IMG/VR virus record: IMGVR_UViG_3300037454_000478
Coordinates: 58,449-122,448 of that record
From: a virus
Lineage: Duplodnaviria > Heunggongvirae > Uroviricota > Caudoviricetes
Strand: one strand, 5' to 3'
Length of the DNA stretch: 64,000 bases
Made by a program: the position numbers and the translations under genes. Shown piece by piece: positions 8,639 to 17,359 of the stretch. Position 1 is the first letter of the stretch, and each line of letters opens with the position of its first letter. The notes beneath the pieces are model-generated. The model ran no database searches, had not been told where the DNA came from, and was given only the letters and a program-made list of their open reading frames with translations.

Positions 8639-9826
8639 ATGGTTTTAACACGGCAGCAATTACTTCTTGATCTTTATCAAGCATATTATGATGCAAAAAA
8701 ACATAAATCCAAACGTTCATATGTAAGGAAATGGGAATCCAACCTAAAACAGAACATGGATGATTTATGTGATGATCTTTATACACGTTGTTATAAACCA
8801 TTACCATCAAAATGTTTTATTGTAGATTATCCAAAGAAAAGGGAAATATTTGCTGCTGCATTTAGAGATAGAATTGTACATCATCTTTACTATAACTATA
8901 CTAACAAGTTATATCAGCACACGTTCATCCAAGACTCGTATTCCTGTATCAAAGGGCGTGGTACACATTATGGCATAAATCGTATTAATACATTTTGCCG
9001 TAAAGAAAGTCTTAACTGGCAACGGCCATGTTATGCTATGCATCTTGATATTAGAGGATATTTTATGCATATTGTCCGTAAAAGACTTCTTGAAATATCC
9101 ATCAATTCATTACATAAGATGGCAACCCATCGCATCAATAATCATTCCTCAAAAACCTGGAGTGATATTCTTGATATGGATTTCATTGAATGGTTAACTG
9201 AATTGATCATAATGATAGATCCAAAAGAAAATTGCATTATTTGTGGAGAACTTGAGGATTGGGATGATTTGGATCCGGCTAAATCATTATTATGGCTTGA
9301 AGATGGTCTTGGGTTACCGATTGGTAATCTTACTTCACAACTATTTTCCAATATTTATCTTAATATACTCGATCAATTTATGAAACGAGTATTAAAGTGT
9401 CATTATTATGGTCGTTATGTTGATGATGCTATAGTGGTAAGTTGTGATAAGGAATGGTTATTATCATTAGTGCCAAAGATAAAAAAGTTCCTTTGGGATG
9501 AGCTTCAACTCGAATTGCATCTTGGTAAACTTGAAATATCGGAAGTACATAAAGGTGTTGAAATACTTGGTGTGTATATAAAACCTTATCGTATATATGT
9601 TTCAAATCATTCGTTAAGAAAAATGGAAAAGAAAATATCCGAATTTGATTATTCAGATTATTCATCAGTATTAAGAAGTGTTAATAGTTATCTTGGAATA
9701 CTCCAGCATGTATCTTCATATAATTTACGCCGTAAACTATTTATGATTCAACCAATAATGAAAATATGTAATTTTAATACGGATATAACAAAAGCGATTG
9801 ATATAAGAAAATCATTGCGGTTTTAA
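8639..9826 (+). CDS. DGR-type reverse transcriptase
   Basis: FRDRIVHH, SYSCIKGRGTH, LPIGNLTSQLFSNIYLN (DGR-specific motif) and YGRYVDDAIVV (YxDD). Confidence 0.85.
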   Translation: MVLTRQQLLLDLYQAYYDAKKHKSKRSYVRKWESNLKQNMDDLCDDLYTRCYKPLPSKCFIVDYPKKREIFAAAFRDRIVHHLYYNYTNKLYQHTFIQDSYSCIKGRGTHYGINRINTFCRKESLNWQRPCYAMHLDIRGYFMHIVRKRLLEISINSLHKMATHRINNHSSKTWSDILDMDFIEWLTELIIMIDPKENCIICGELEDWDDLDPAKSLLWLEDGLGLPIGNLTSQLFSNIYLNILDQFMKRVLKCHYYGRYVDDAIVVSCDKEWLLSLVPKIKKFLWDELQLELHLGKLEISEVHKGVEILGVYIKPYRIYVSNHSLRKMEKKISEFDYSDYSSVLRSVNSYLGILQHVSSYNLRRKLFMIQPIMKICNFNTDITKAIDIRKSLRF

Positions 9827-9835
9827 ATCCCGTTT

Positions 9836-9862
9836 AAAGGCTCCCCCGTGGAGCTTTTATTA
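9836..9862 (+). terminator. rho-independent terminator
   Basis: AAAGGCTCC-cccgt-GGAGCTTTT stem followed by a T-rich run. Confidence 0.6.
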
Positions 9863-9887
9863 TTTATATACATGAAATAAATTCACA

Positions 9888-10379
9888 ATGTCCATGAAAC
9901 CATTAACTGATTATATCACAGAAGCAATGGCTCCTCAAACCGGTATTGGTGCATTTGATTGGCAAATTGGGGGTAATCACGTGATTATCAACAATATCAC
10001 ACAACAACTAAAAGCCCATGGATTTACACCAACAACCGGCAATAATCGCGTAAAATATAAGGAGTACAAGGTTACACATAATGGCTCCTGCCTTACAATC
10101 GGGCTCAAAGGTATACGTAAAGGAGATTCCAAGGAACACACCCATAAGGTATTCATTCGTCAGGATAGCGATGGTATGATTGATATCATTACCAAGCATT
10201 ATGACCCGGATGGCTCCGGTACATGGTTTACCGGTTGGTTAATCAAACACGGGGATATTGAAATTGGATACTATAAGTCCAACGATCTCCCAAGAAAAGG
10301 AACGATTGAGGATACCGCGGAAAATTCCGTTATGATTTTGAATAAAATCCTTACAAGAAGCAAACGTTTCGGAAAATAA
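9888..10379 (+). CDS. hypothetical protein (163 aa)
   Basis: ORF on the + strand. Confidence 0.6.
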   Translation: MSMKPLTDYITEAMAPQTGIGAFDWQIGGNHVIINNITQQLKAHGFTPTTGNNRVKYKEYKVTHNGSCLTIGLKGIRKGDSKEHTHKVFIRQDSDGMIDIITKHYDPDGSGTWFTGWLIKHGDIEIGYYKSNDLPRKGTIEDTAENSVMILNKILTRSKRFGK

Positions 10380-10390
10380 TTTATCACAAT

Positions 10391-11086
10391 ATGGAACAAG
10401 TGAAAGAGATACGTTATTACCTTGCAAATAAGAAGTCATGGAGTGATGTGACAATCGCTGTTACTTATAAAGGGCTCCCAAAAGAAGGTCAAGTCATCAA
10501 TGTAGGTAAAATCAAGATGAATGTGAAATCAATTGCTGATGGTACTTCAAATGGCCGTTCAGTTATAAAAGTATTTCTTGAAAACGAAAATGACCGTACG
10601 CCATTGGACGAGGCCATTGAAATGCTCGATAATCCCACATTCATCACAATTGATGAGGATGTCAACGAGGCAAAAGGTAAAGCAGCCGTTAAAGTCGGTG
10701 GTAGCATGGATAACCGTACATATACATCCGTAAGACCATTTAGTGATACTGCAGATGCCATCCGTGCATTTGGCCCCGGTTCATTTGGCACCCTTGGTGG
10801 ATATGTTAGATCCGCACTTTCCGGTCTTGGTGTTGGTTACGGAGTACAGGTAACTGATTTCGGAGAGGCTGTCACGGTTACCATCACATATTCGAACTCG
10901 CGTACCGGGCGTATTTCCGGCCAAAGCTTTGTAATCGTGATGCACCATGGTAATAGTCACAAATACCTATATACGGTATACGCACATTCCGCCCGCTGGC
11001 GTGACTGTGATGATTACAACCAAGCCATTGGTTTTATTCGCTCCAAGGCATCCGCACTTGCCGGTCAAACAAGTGGTGGAGTTTAA
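10391..11086 (+). CDS. hypothetical protein (231 aa)
   Basis: ORF; the antisense ORF is shorter. Confidence 0.6.
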   Translation: MEQVKEIRYYLANKKSWSDVTIAVTYKGLPKEGQVINVGKIKMNVKSIADGTSNGRSVIKVFLENENDRTPLDEAIEMLDNPTFITIDEDVNEAKGKAAVKVGGSMDNRTYTSVRPFSDTADAIRAFGPGSFGTLGGYVRSALSGLGVGYGVQVTDFGEAVTVTITYSNSRTGRISGQSFVIVMHHGNSHKYLYTVYAHSARWRDCDDYNQAIGFIRSKASALAGQTSGGV

Positions 11087-11103
11087 AAAAACATAGATAT
11101 ACT

Positions 11104-12813
11104 GTGTCCTGCCCTATAAAAAGACTTATAACGATCACAGTCCCTGTGAAGTATCAACCTGTCAATATATTTGACGAAAACGGGATTGATGTCACGGCAT
11201 CGTGCCAATTTTCTTGGTCATCCGATTCCGTATGTTGGACCAATTTTGTATCATATGAGCAGTACACACGGATGGCTTCCAATATCGAAACCGATTATTT
11301 TCTCCGTATATTGATTACCACCGGTTTCTCAAAACTTGCATTGGATAATACGATAGTGGATTGCTATACGATATGCTTGTACAATGAGAACCCGTACCTC
11401 ATGGATCTTTGCGTAAATCAAACAGTTGACTTTTACGCCAACCTTGATTGTGCGCTTCAAATGTATCAGCAGATGTCGGATCTGATTTGTTGTACCATCG
11501 GTATCCCATGTTATTACTTCCGCGTTATGCCGGATCAAAGTACAGCGGATTATACATTTAAGGAGTATCTGCTTCATAACGTGGTGGATATGAAACATCT
11601 TAAACTCGTATGTCAGGATGGATCAATGCCATCATCAAAACCTCAAATGACCGAGTTTGATTTTGATTGGGAAACCGATTGGGAGGTTGAGATGTCCAAA
11701 TCAGCATTTGCAAAGGCATTTGGTGACACTGCCTTTCCAAAACAGCGCGATCTTATATGGATTCCACTGATGGGACGTATGTGGGAGGTCAATTCCGCAT
11801 ATGATGAGAAGAACGAGGCATTTATGTGGCGTCCGGTAACATGGAAGCTCGGATTGGTCAAGTGGAACGATAAAACCAACGTAAACCAAGGGGATTTCGC
11901 AGACATTATTGATTCTTGGGCGATCAATCGGATGGAGAATTTTATGGATCGTGAACGTGAGGAACAAGAACACCAATCCGGAGTCAATCAAATTGATGCA
12001 CCATTATTCAGTGGTGATAATTTGTATATGACGTTTTTGGAGGATGCAATTAGAACCGGCGTTACTGTTTCCGAGAAAAATAACGTATCCAAGACCCAAC
12101 TCAATCATAATGCGGTGATCGTCACCCGGAACATGTACCGTTTTGCAAACGGTGATTCCATCGTGAAATATAACAAGACCACATGTGGTGATCATGGCAC
12201 TCTTATGTTCCTCATAGATACCTCAAACAACCAATATATCAATAATTGTTTTGAAAACGATGCGATGGTTGAATACAAAAAGGTTCTTTTCAAGGCCGGC
12301 CACATTGAGGTACTATTAAGAATAACAAGGACTTACGATAGGAGATTTGGATGGTCATATAAATACTACGTTTCATTTAATGGTATGGAATGCGAATTAC
12401 ATGACCCCAATAATCCTCCGGGAGTATCCGTATATACTGGTATTTATGAAGTTCAATGCCGCTGGAATAGAAGTAATTTCACCACGGAGATGAATGTCAT
12501 ACCTTATATCCAAACCATACCGGCCGGCACGCCTCCGTATTCAGTCCGCCCGGAAATGCATATTTTGGACTTTACCAATCCGGTATGTACAATGACCTCA
12601 AATTATAACAATGATTTCATTCAGGAACAACCGGTAAGCATCATTCTATCTCCAGCTCCGGTCGGTATCTCCAACGTCAAGCTATTTGATGCGGCACTTT
12701 CCGATAATGAAATGGCAAAGGAATCCATCAAATACACCACAACAGATCCAAGGTGTGTTATAAATGATGTAGCCCGTCCGCTTGTCGAAGATACCGGTTA
12801 TAATGTTAGATAA
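11104..12813 (+). CDS. hypothetical protein (569 aa; GTG start, an ATG alternative exists at 11272)
   Basis: Long ORF; Cys-rich N-terminal half. Confidence 0.6.
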   Translation: MSCPIKRLITITVPVKYQPVNIFDENGIDVTASCQFSWSSDSVCWTNFVSYEQYTRMASNIETDYFLRILITTGFSKLALDNTIVDCYTICLYNENPYLMDLCVNQTVDFYANLDCALQMYQQMSDLICCTIGIPCYYFRVMPDQSTADYTFKEYLLHNVVDMKHLKLVCQDGSMPSSKPQMTEFDFDWETDWEVEMSKSAFAKAFGDTAFPKQRDLIWIPLMGRMWEVNSAYDEKNEAFMWRPVTWKLGLVKWNDKTNVNQGDFADIIDSWAINRMENFMDREREEQEHQSGVNQIDAPLFSGDNLYMTFLEDAIRTGVTVSEKNNVSKTQLNHNAVIVTRNMYRFANGDSIVKYNKTTCGDHGTLMFLIDTSNNQYINNCFENDAMVEYKKVLFKAGHIEVLLRITRTYDRRFGWSYKYYVSFNGMECELHDPNNPPGVSVYTGIYEVQCRWNRSNFTTEMNVIPYIQTIPAGTPPYSVRPEMHILDFTNPVCTMTSNYNNDFIQEQPVSIILSPAPVGISNVKLFDAALSDNEMAKESIKYTTTDPRCVINDVARPLVEDTGYNVR

Positions 12814-12832
12814 CAATTATTTTCAATATTTT

Positions 12833-12863
12833 GTTAAGTTTCTTCCAATGATGTTTATATATA
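12833..12863 (+). promoter_or_regulatory. conserved phage promoter GTTAAG-N15-TTTATATATA
   Basis: gttaag at 12833-38 and tttatatata at 12854-63; ATG at 12892. Confidence 0.6.
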
Positions 12864-12891
12864 CCCGAACCTAATAGGAAAGGGGTATAAA

Positions 12892-13107
12892 ATGGAAGAA
12901 ACAACACAATTCAATACATCCAAAGGCGACATCCTGATTATCACCAAGGATGGTTTGGGTAGGGATTTTCGATTCAAACTTCTCACTACCGATGGCGGTG
13001 GAAAAGATGCCCATATGCTTTGCAACGGCGAACTGGAATCCGCTTTTGAAAGTCATAAGAAGGCCATCCAAGCCGCATATCAAGAGTATTTGGACTCAAT
13101 TAACTAA
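12892..13107 (+). CDS. hypothetical protein (71 aa)
   Basis: ATG 29 nt after a conserved promoter box. Confidence 0.55.
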   Translation: MEETTQFNTSKGDILIITKDGLGRDFRFKLLTTDGGGKDAHMLCNGELESAFESHKKAIQAAYQEYLDSIN

Positions 13108-13127
13108 CCGGACAAAAATAGCGAAAA

Positions 13128-13955
13128 ATGAAAAACATCGATCTTAACAGCCTAACAAAAGCCGAACTCATCCAAGGCATCATCAACCTGACAAATAAGT
13201 ATAACGAATGCATCAAGTCACGTGGCTTTTTGAACATTCACAAGGTTCCATCGGCCAACACGCTTCGTACAAAGTCCCGCGAAGTGGTCGAGGAGAGTTT
13301 TACCCATGCTTGGGATTGGCTCCGTGAGGAGATCCGCGCCTATTACAACGTACTGGATGTGGATGTCGACAAGCAGGCCATTGAGGATCTCAAGGCAAGA
13401 ATTGAAAAGGAGGTTGAGGAAAACTACAAGGCGTACCGAACCGGTACTGATAGTGGTATTGCGGAAATCACCGAACTTATCCATAATTACATCATCAACT
13501 GCGGTATTCTCAACGCATTCCCGGATATCAAACTCGAGGATGTCATCATCGTTTCCGTTTCGGATGAATGCGTGAGCATCAAACTGAATAAATGTTTTGG
13601 TGGTGAGATCAACTATTACCACCGTAACAGCAGGCTTTCGTCCATAACCGATAATGAAACCAAGAAGATCGATGAGATCAACTTTGGCACCATCGGTGCA
13701 TTCGACTTGGATTCCGAGCGTGGTCGTCAACAGCTTTTCCTGATGAATCTGTTGAGCCATATCGGTTGCAACCAGGAGATTCGTACCAAAATGAACGGAA
13801 TCCTCGAAGGTCTCCGTGACATGAACCTCACCCGTATCCGCACAAACCATAAACTTCAAGACAGTATGGTTGCCGGCATCGATGAGATTGTGGCCCCATA
13901 CATCAACAGCGTGGCCACTGGTGAGTTCCTGTGGAAGCCATCCAAGACCGAATAA
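13128..13955 (+). CDS. hypothetical protein (275 aa)
   Basis: ORF; the competing antisense ORF 13218..13961 has shadow-ORF composition. Confidence 0.65.
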   Translation: MKNIDLNSLTKAELIQGIINLTNKYNECIKSRGFLNIHKVPSANTLRTKSREVVEESFTHAWDWLREEIRAYYNVLDVDVDKQAIEDLKARIEKEVEENYKAYRTGTDSGIAEITELIHNYIINCGILNAFPDIKLEDVIIVSVSDECVSIKLNKCFGGEINYYHRNSRLSSITDNETKKIDEINFGTIGAFDLDSERGRQQLFLMNLLSHIGCNQEIRTKMNGILEGLRDMNLTRIRTNHKLQDSMVAGIDEIVAPYINSVATGEFLWKPSKTE

Positions 13956-13973
13956 ATTCAAATTTTGCGCGGT

Positions 13974-14055
13974 TTTATGCGATTTAACGGCCGTTTGAGC
14001 TTACCCCCGAATAACTATATAGGGGATGATGAAATGGCCGTTAAATCGCGTTTTT
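13974..14055. repeat. structured intergenic element, copy A (long imperfect palindrome with conserved inner loop)
   Basis: Arms TATGCGATTTAACGGCCGTTT and AAATGGCCGTTAAATCGCG enclose the loop CCCCCGAATAACTATATAGGGG. Confidence 0.7.
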
Positions 14056-14073
14056 GAATACATATATTATTAC
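14040..14073 (+). promoter_or_regulatory. promoter variant GTTAAA-N15-ATATATTATTA
   Basis: ATG at 14090. Confidence 0.45.
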
Positions 14074-14089
14074 AATTAAACTCGCACAT

Positions 14090-14338
14090 ATGTCTCAAGG
14101 ACAAAAAATAATCATACATGAATACGGGACGGAGAAACAATTATGTCCTCCGGTACATGGATTTGCACTTCCGAGACCCGGCGATCTATATACCATTTTC
14201 GATGAAAAAACGGGTACCTACACCCACTGCGAGGTTATCAACGTATCTCACGGATCGAGCACCAAAACCAATTCAATGATATCGGTATTGCACGTTAAGG
14301 TCTTGGATAGCCTCTCGATGGAAAATAAACCAAATTAA
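14090..14338 (+). CDS. hypothetical protein (82 aa)
   Basis: ATG after a promoter-like GTTAAA-N15-ATATATTATTA. Confidence 0.5.
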   Translation: MSQGQKIIIHEYGTEKQLCPPVHGFALPRPGDLYTIFDEKTGTYTHCEVINVSHGSSTKTNSMISVLHVKVLDSLSMENKPN

Positions 14339-14339
14339 T

Positions 14340-15200
14340 ATGAATGATCAATTACATATAGTTGCATTAAGTGATACCCATGGTAGGCTAAAGACCACAT
14401 ACATCCCCAAATGCGATGTTGTCACGATATCCGGCGACTTTTCTGCTTTAAGGAATGATCGTCAGGTGGCGTATAATGGACCATTATGCAACTGGATTGT
14501 CAACAAATTTATCCCATGGCTTGTGAGTTTGCCTTGTGAAAGGGTCATATTTATCCCGGGGAACCATGATTTTATCACGGAGCAAGGATGGTTTGAACAA
14601 TGGTTCAATGAGAAACTCAAGGCCTTGGATGAATACTACCTTGGCGCCGGTGAAGACAATAAGCCATCCAAAAAGATTGTGTATTTGTGTTACAATACCT
14701 ATGAATATAAAGGTTACACATTTTACGGATGCCCGGCGACAGATATGATGAGGTGGGCATGGCCTTCCAACAACGACTATACCAAATACAAAGCACCTTC
14801 GGGTACAGACATTATGTTAGTCCATCAGGCGCCGGATTGGATGGAATTAGGTACATCCCATTTCAATGACGGATATGCGGAGAATTTTGGCAGCAATTTA
14901 CTCCTCAATGCATTGGCTGATAACCCAAAGGATCTTCCAAAGTTGCTTCTTTGTGGTCACATTCATTCCGGCAACCACCTACCTATCATATACGATTTGA
15001 TGGATGAGGATGGGAAGAAGCACTCCTGCATGATGGCCAACGTATCGACCAAAAACGAAAGTTATGCGGAGTATTTCCATTGTAGAAATTTTGTATTGAT
15101 ACCGGTCGATGATCAAACCTATATTGAAACTTGGGTATCCCCAAGGGAAGGCCCGAGCGAAATTGAGGAATATAATCGCCGAGAACGTTTCATCCTCTAA
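14340..15200 (+). CDS. calcineurin-like metallophosphoesterase
   Basis: ALSDTHG, ISGD, IPGNHD and GHIH motifs. Confidence 0.7.
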   Translation: MNDQLHIVALSDTHGRLKTTYIPKCDVVTISGDFSALRNDRQVAYNGPLCNWIVNKFIPWLVSLPCERVIFIPGNHDFITEQGWFEQWFNEKLKALDEYYLGAGEDNKPSKKIVYLCYNTYEYKGYTFYGCPATDMMRWAWPSNNDYTKYKAPSGTDIMLVHQAPDWMELGTSHFNDGYAENFGSNLLLNALADNPKDLPKLLLCGHIHSGNHLPIIYDLMDEDGKKHSCMMANVSTKNESYAEYFHCRNFVLIPVDDQTYIETWVSPREGPSEIEEYNRRERFIL

Positions 15201-15250
15201 AAAATGATTGCAAATTACATATTTTATTAACAGAAATAAATTCAAACAGC

Positions 15251-15946
15251 ATGAATAGGACAATTGAAAACATTCAAAAGAACATGAAAACCGTTTTTGA
15301 AGGCTACGTTAATGGCCAAAAATTCACGAACCGTGAGTTAATGAACGCATATATCGGTAAGTGCATTTCCGAGGGTTTGCCTATCACCGATCTTTCGTAC
15401 TCAACAACCACCCAGTACAAGGAACCTGCCCCTGAAAACCGTCAATTCGACAACCGTCCCGGCCGTGACGCCATCCGTCAAGCCCAAAAGGAAATCAGTT
15501 GGGTCACCTACACCAACAACCTCAACCAGCGCGTTCCAAAACCATACGACAACGTCATTGGTTACGTGGTACCTTTCGTCCGTGAGGAAATCACCATCAA
15601 CGAGTCAAACGCCGAGTTTATCATCAACGACTTCAGGGCCCGCCTTAACGACCGCTTGGCATTCCTTGAGAATTATGTGTTCTCACAGATCCGTACATGG
15701 AAGTATGATGAGAATCAGGTCAACCAGTGGCTCGATCTCCTCACCAGTTCATTCCAACACAAGCTTGAGTGGGCCAACAACCGCGTCACCCTTATCGAGA
15801 ATTTCTTGAATGATGGTGATCCGTTCATCACTTCACATATCGATCAAACGGCACTTCGTGGTTTCCATGAGATCTACGCCGAAACCGCCGGATTCTGCAG
15901 TGCAGTCATTGACATCATTGCAGAACTCAAGTGCGACCTGCAGTAA
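15251..15946 (+). CDS. hypothetical protein (231 aa)
   Basis: ORF followed by a terminator. Confidence 0.6.
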   Translation: MNRTIENIQKNMKTVFEGYVNGQKFTNRELMNAYIGKCISEGLPITDLSYSTTTQYKEPAPENRQFDNRPGRDAIRQAQKEISWVTYTNNLNQRVPKPYDNVIGYVVPFVREEITINESNAEFIINDFRARLNDRLAFLENYVFSQIRTWKYDENQVNQWLDLLTSSFQHKLEWANNRVTLIENFLNDGDPFITSHIDQTALRGFHEIYAETAGFCSAVIDIIAELKCDLQ

Positions 15947-15965
15947 TCTCCGGGATATACGATCC

Positions 15966-15993
15966 GATACAAAACCCGCCGCGGCGGGTTTTT
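15966..15993 (+). terminator. rho-independent terminator
   Basis: AAACCCGCCG-CGGCGGGTTT stem followed by a T7 run. Confidence 0.75.
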
Positions 15994-16076
15994 TTATGCC
16001 TTTATGGTCTCAAAAATTACGACTACCAAGGAAAAAAACGTACAAAAAACCATATATTTATAAAAGTATTAAATGT

Positions 16077-17108
16077 ATGAAGCACGATAAGCAATGGAAT
16101 CCATCGGAGCATCATAACAAAGGATACGCTCCATATCAAAGGCATAAACTTAAAGCATCAAATTGGGTAACCCCGGAAGAAGCCGCAATGATTAGCAAAC
16201 GCTGCAATAAATGGCGTCATAATGGTATTTGGGGACGCGAGCCGGATTGGAATCTTGAAAGGAAACTCATAAATAAGTATGTTGATAAACCATACGATGT
16301 GTTTATCAAAGCATGGCATGAGAGAACCAAACAACTTCGCAAACAAGGTGTACTTTTGGAATTAAGATGTATCAAGCCAACATTGACGGATAGCCCCTCC
16401 ACTTGGGATGAATTTTATGTGGATACGGAAGGCATTATCCGTAAAAACGATAATTATAGATGGAGGTTCAATAGAAACAAAAAACCCATTAAAGTAGTAG
16501 AAAAAGAAGTGGTCAAATATCATCTTGACGATAAGATTTATAGTAAGAATTGGTGTACGCCAACGCCATTTCATATGATTCTTTCCATTTTGAGCCATTA
16601 TCTTTCCGTAACGGATTATAACGACATTCTTGATGGTGGTATCTCCAAGGAGAAATTCGACCGACTTGTTCAAAGTTCAATGCACAGCGGAATTAACTAT
16701 GCAATTGATAAGTTTGCCCGTAATCACAACAAGGAGTTAGGTAAAAACAACCCACGGTTTTACATGGGATCACCGGGATACTGTAGATACGATTGTTTTA
16801 ATGACTTATTTGTTGCGGATTATAGTGAATCCGTATATAGATACATATATCCGGGAACGCCGGAATATTCACAAATCGTTGCCGAGAGGAATGATGCTTC
16901 CAATAAAGCCCGCCGTGAATACAAAAAGCAAATGGATGATTACCGGGCTGGTCTTTTGCATAATATCGAGGCAAACCGTAAGGCCAAGGAGGATGAGATA
17001 AACCGCCAAAAAATCATCAAGCACGGCTTTGACGAAAACGAATCTTTCCGCGGGGAGGAATATCATGGCAAAAAACATAAAAGACGCAAGATGGCCATCG
17101 ATGCCTGA
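16077..17108 (+). CDS. hypothetical basic protein (343 aa)
   Basis: The ORF 15810.. is trimmed to the first ATG after the terminator. Confidence 0.55.
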   Translation: MKHDKQWNPSEHHNKGYAPYQRHKLKASNWVTPEEAAMISKRCNKWRHNGIWGREPDWNLERKLINKYVDKPYDVFIKAWHERTKQLRKQGVLLELRCIKPTLTDSPSTWDEFYVDTEGIIRKNDNYRWRFNRNKKPIKVVEKEVVKYHLDDKIYSKNWCTPTPFHMILSILSHYLSVTDYNDILDGGISKEKFDRLVQSSMHSGINYAIDKFARNHNKELGKNNPRFYMGSPGYCRYDCFNDLFVADYSESVYRYIYPGTPEYSQIVAERNDASNKARREYKKQMDDYRAGLLHNIEANRKAKEDEINRQKIIKHGFDENESFRGEEYHGKKHKRRKMAIDA

Positions 17109-17109
17109 T

Positions 17110-17140
17110 GTTAAGATTTGACCTGTTTTTGTTATATATA
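17110..17140 (+). promoter_or_regulatory. conserved phage promoter
   Basis: gttaag at 17110-15 and gttatatata at 17131-40; ATG at 17166. Confidence 0.55.
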
Positions 17141-17165
17141 CATGTAAATTATAAAATACCTGAAT

Positions 17166-17348
17166 ATGAATATCGGATTGGAAATACTATCGCTTGTATG
17201 CATTGCAATAGCGCTGGTGTACAACATATTCCACACGGTGGATATGATAGATTTAAAGCGATACACAAAGTGGAATACGCTGTGGGCGCTTGTAATCACC
17301 TGTTGCCTTGCGATAGCATTTGCAATTGGCATATGTAAACTCTTTTAA
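17166..17348 (+). CDS. small membrane protein (60 aa)
   Basis: Hydrophobic ORF after a promoter box. Confidence 0.4.
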   Translation: MNIGLEILSLVCIAIALVYNIFHTVDMIDLKRYTKWNTLWALVITCCLAIAFAIGICKLF

Positions 17349-17359
17349 CAATTAAGACC

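Larger units (their letters stand above)
5138..9826 (+). mobile_element. diversity-generating retroelement cassette (target-VR / avd-like / TR / RT)
   Basis: Canonical DGR order with an adenine-specific TR/VR mismatch pattern. Confidence 0.85.

Noticed and set aside
13218-13961. 247-aa minus-strand ORF
   Set aside because: Fully overlaps the + strand gene 13128..13955 and has a V/L/D/G-rich shadow-ORF composition. Every neighbour is on the + strand.
15810-16076. 5' extension of ORF 15810..17108
   Set aside because: The extension overlaps the preceding gene 15251..15946 and runs through a strong terminator hairpin at 15966-15993. The first ATG after the terminator (16077) was taken as the start.
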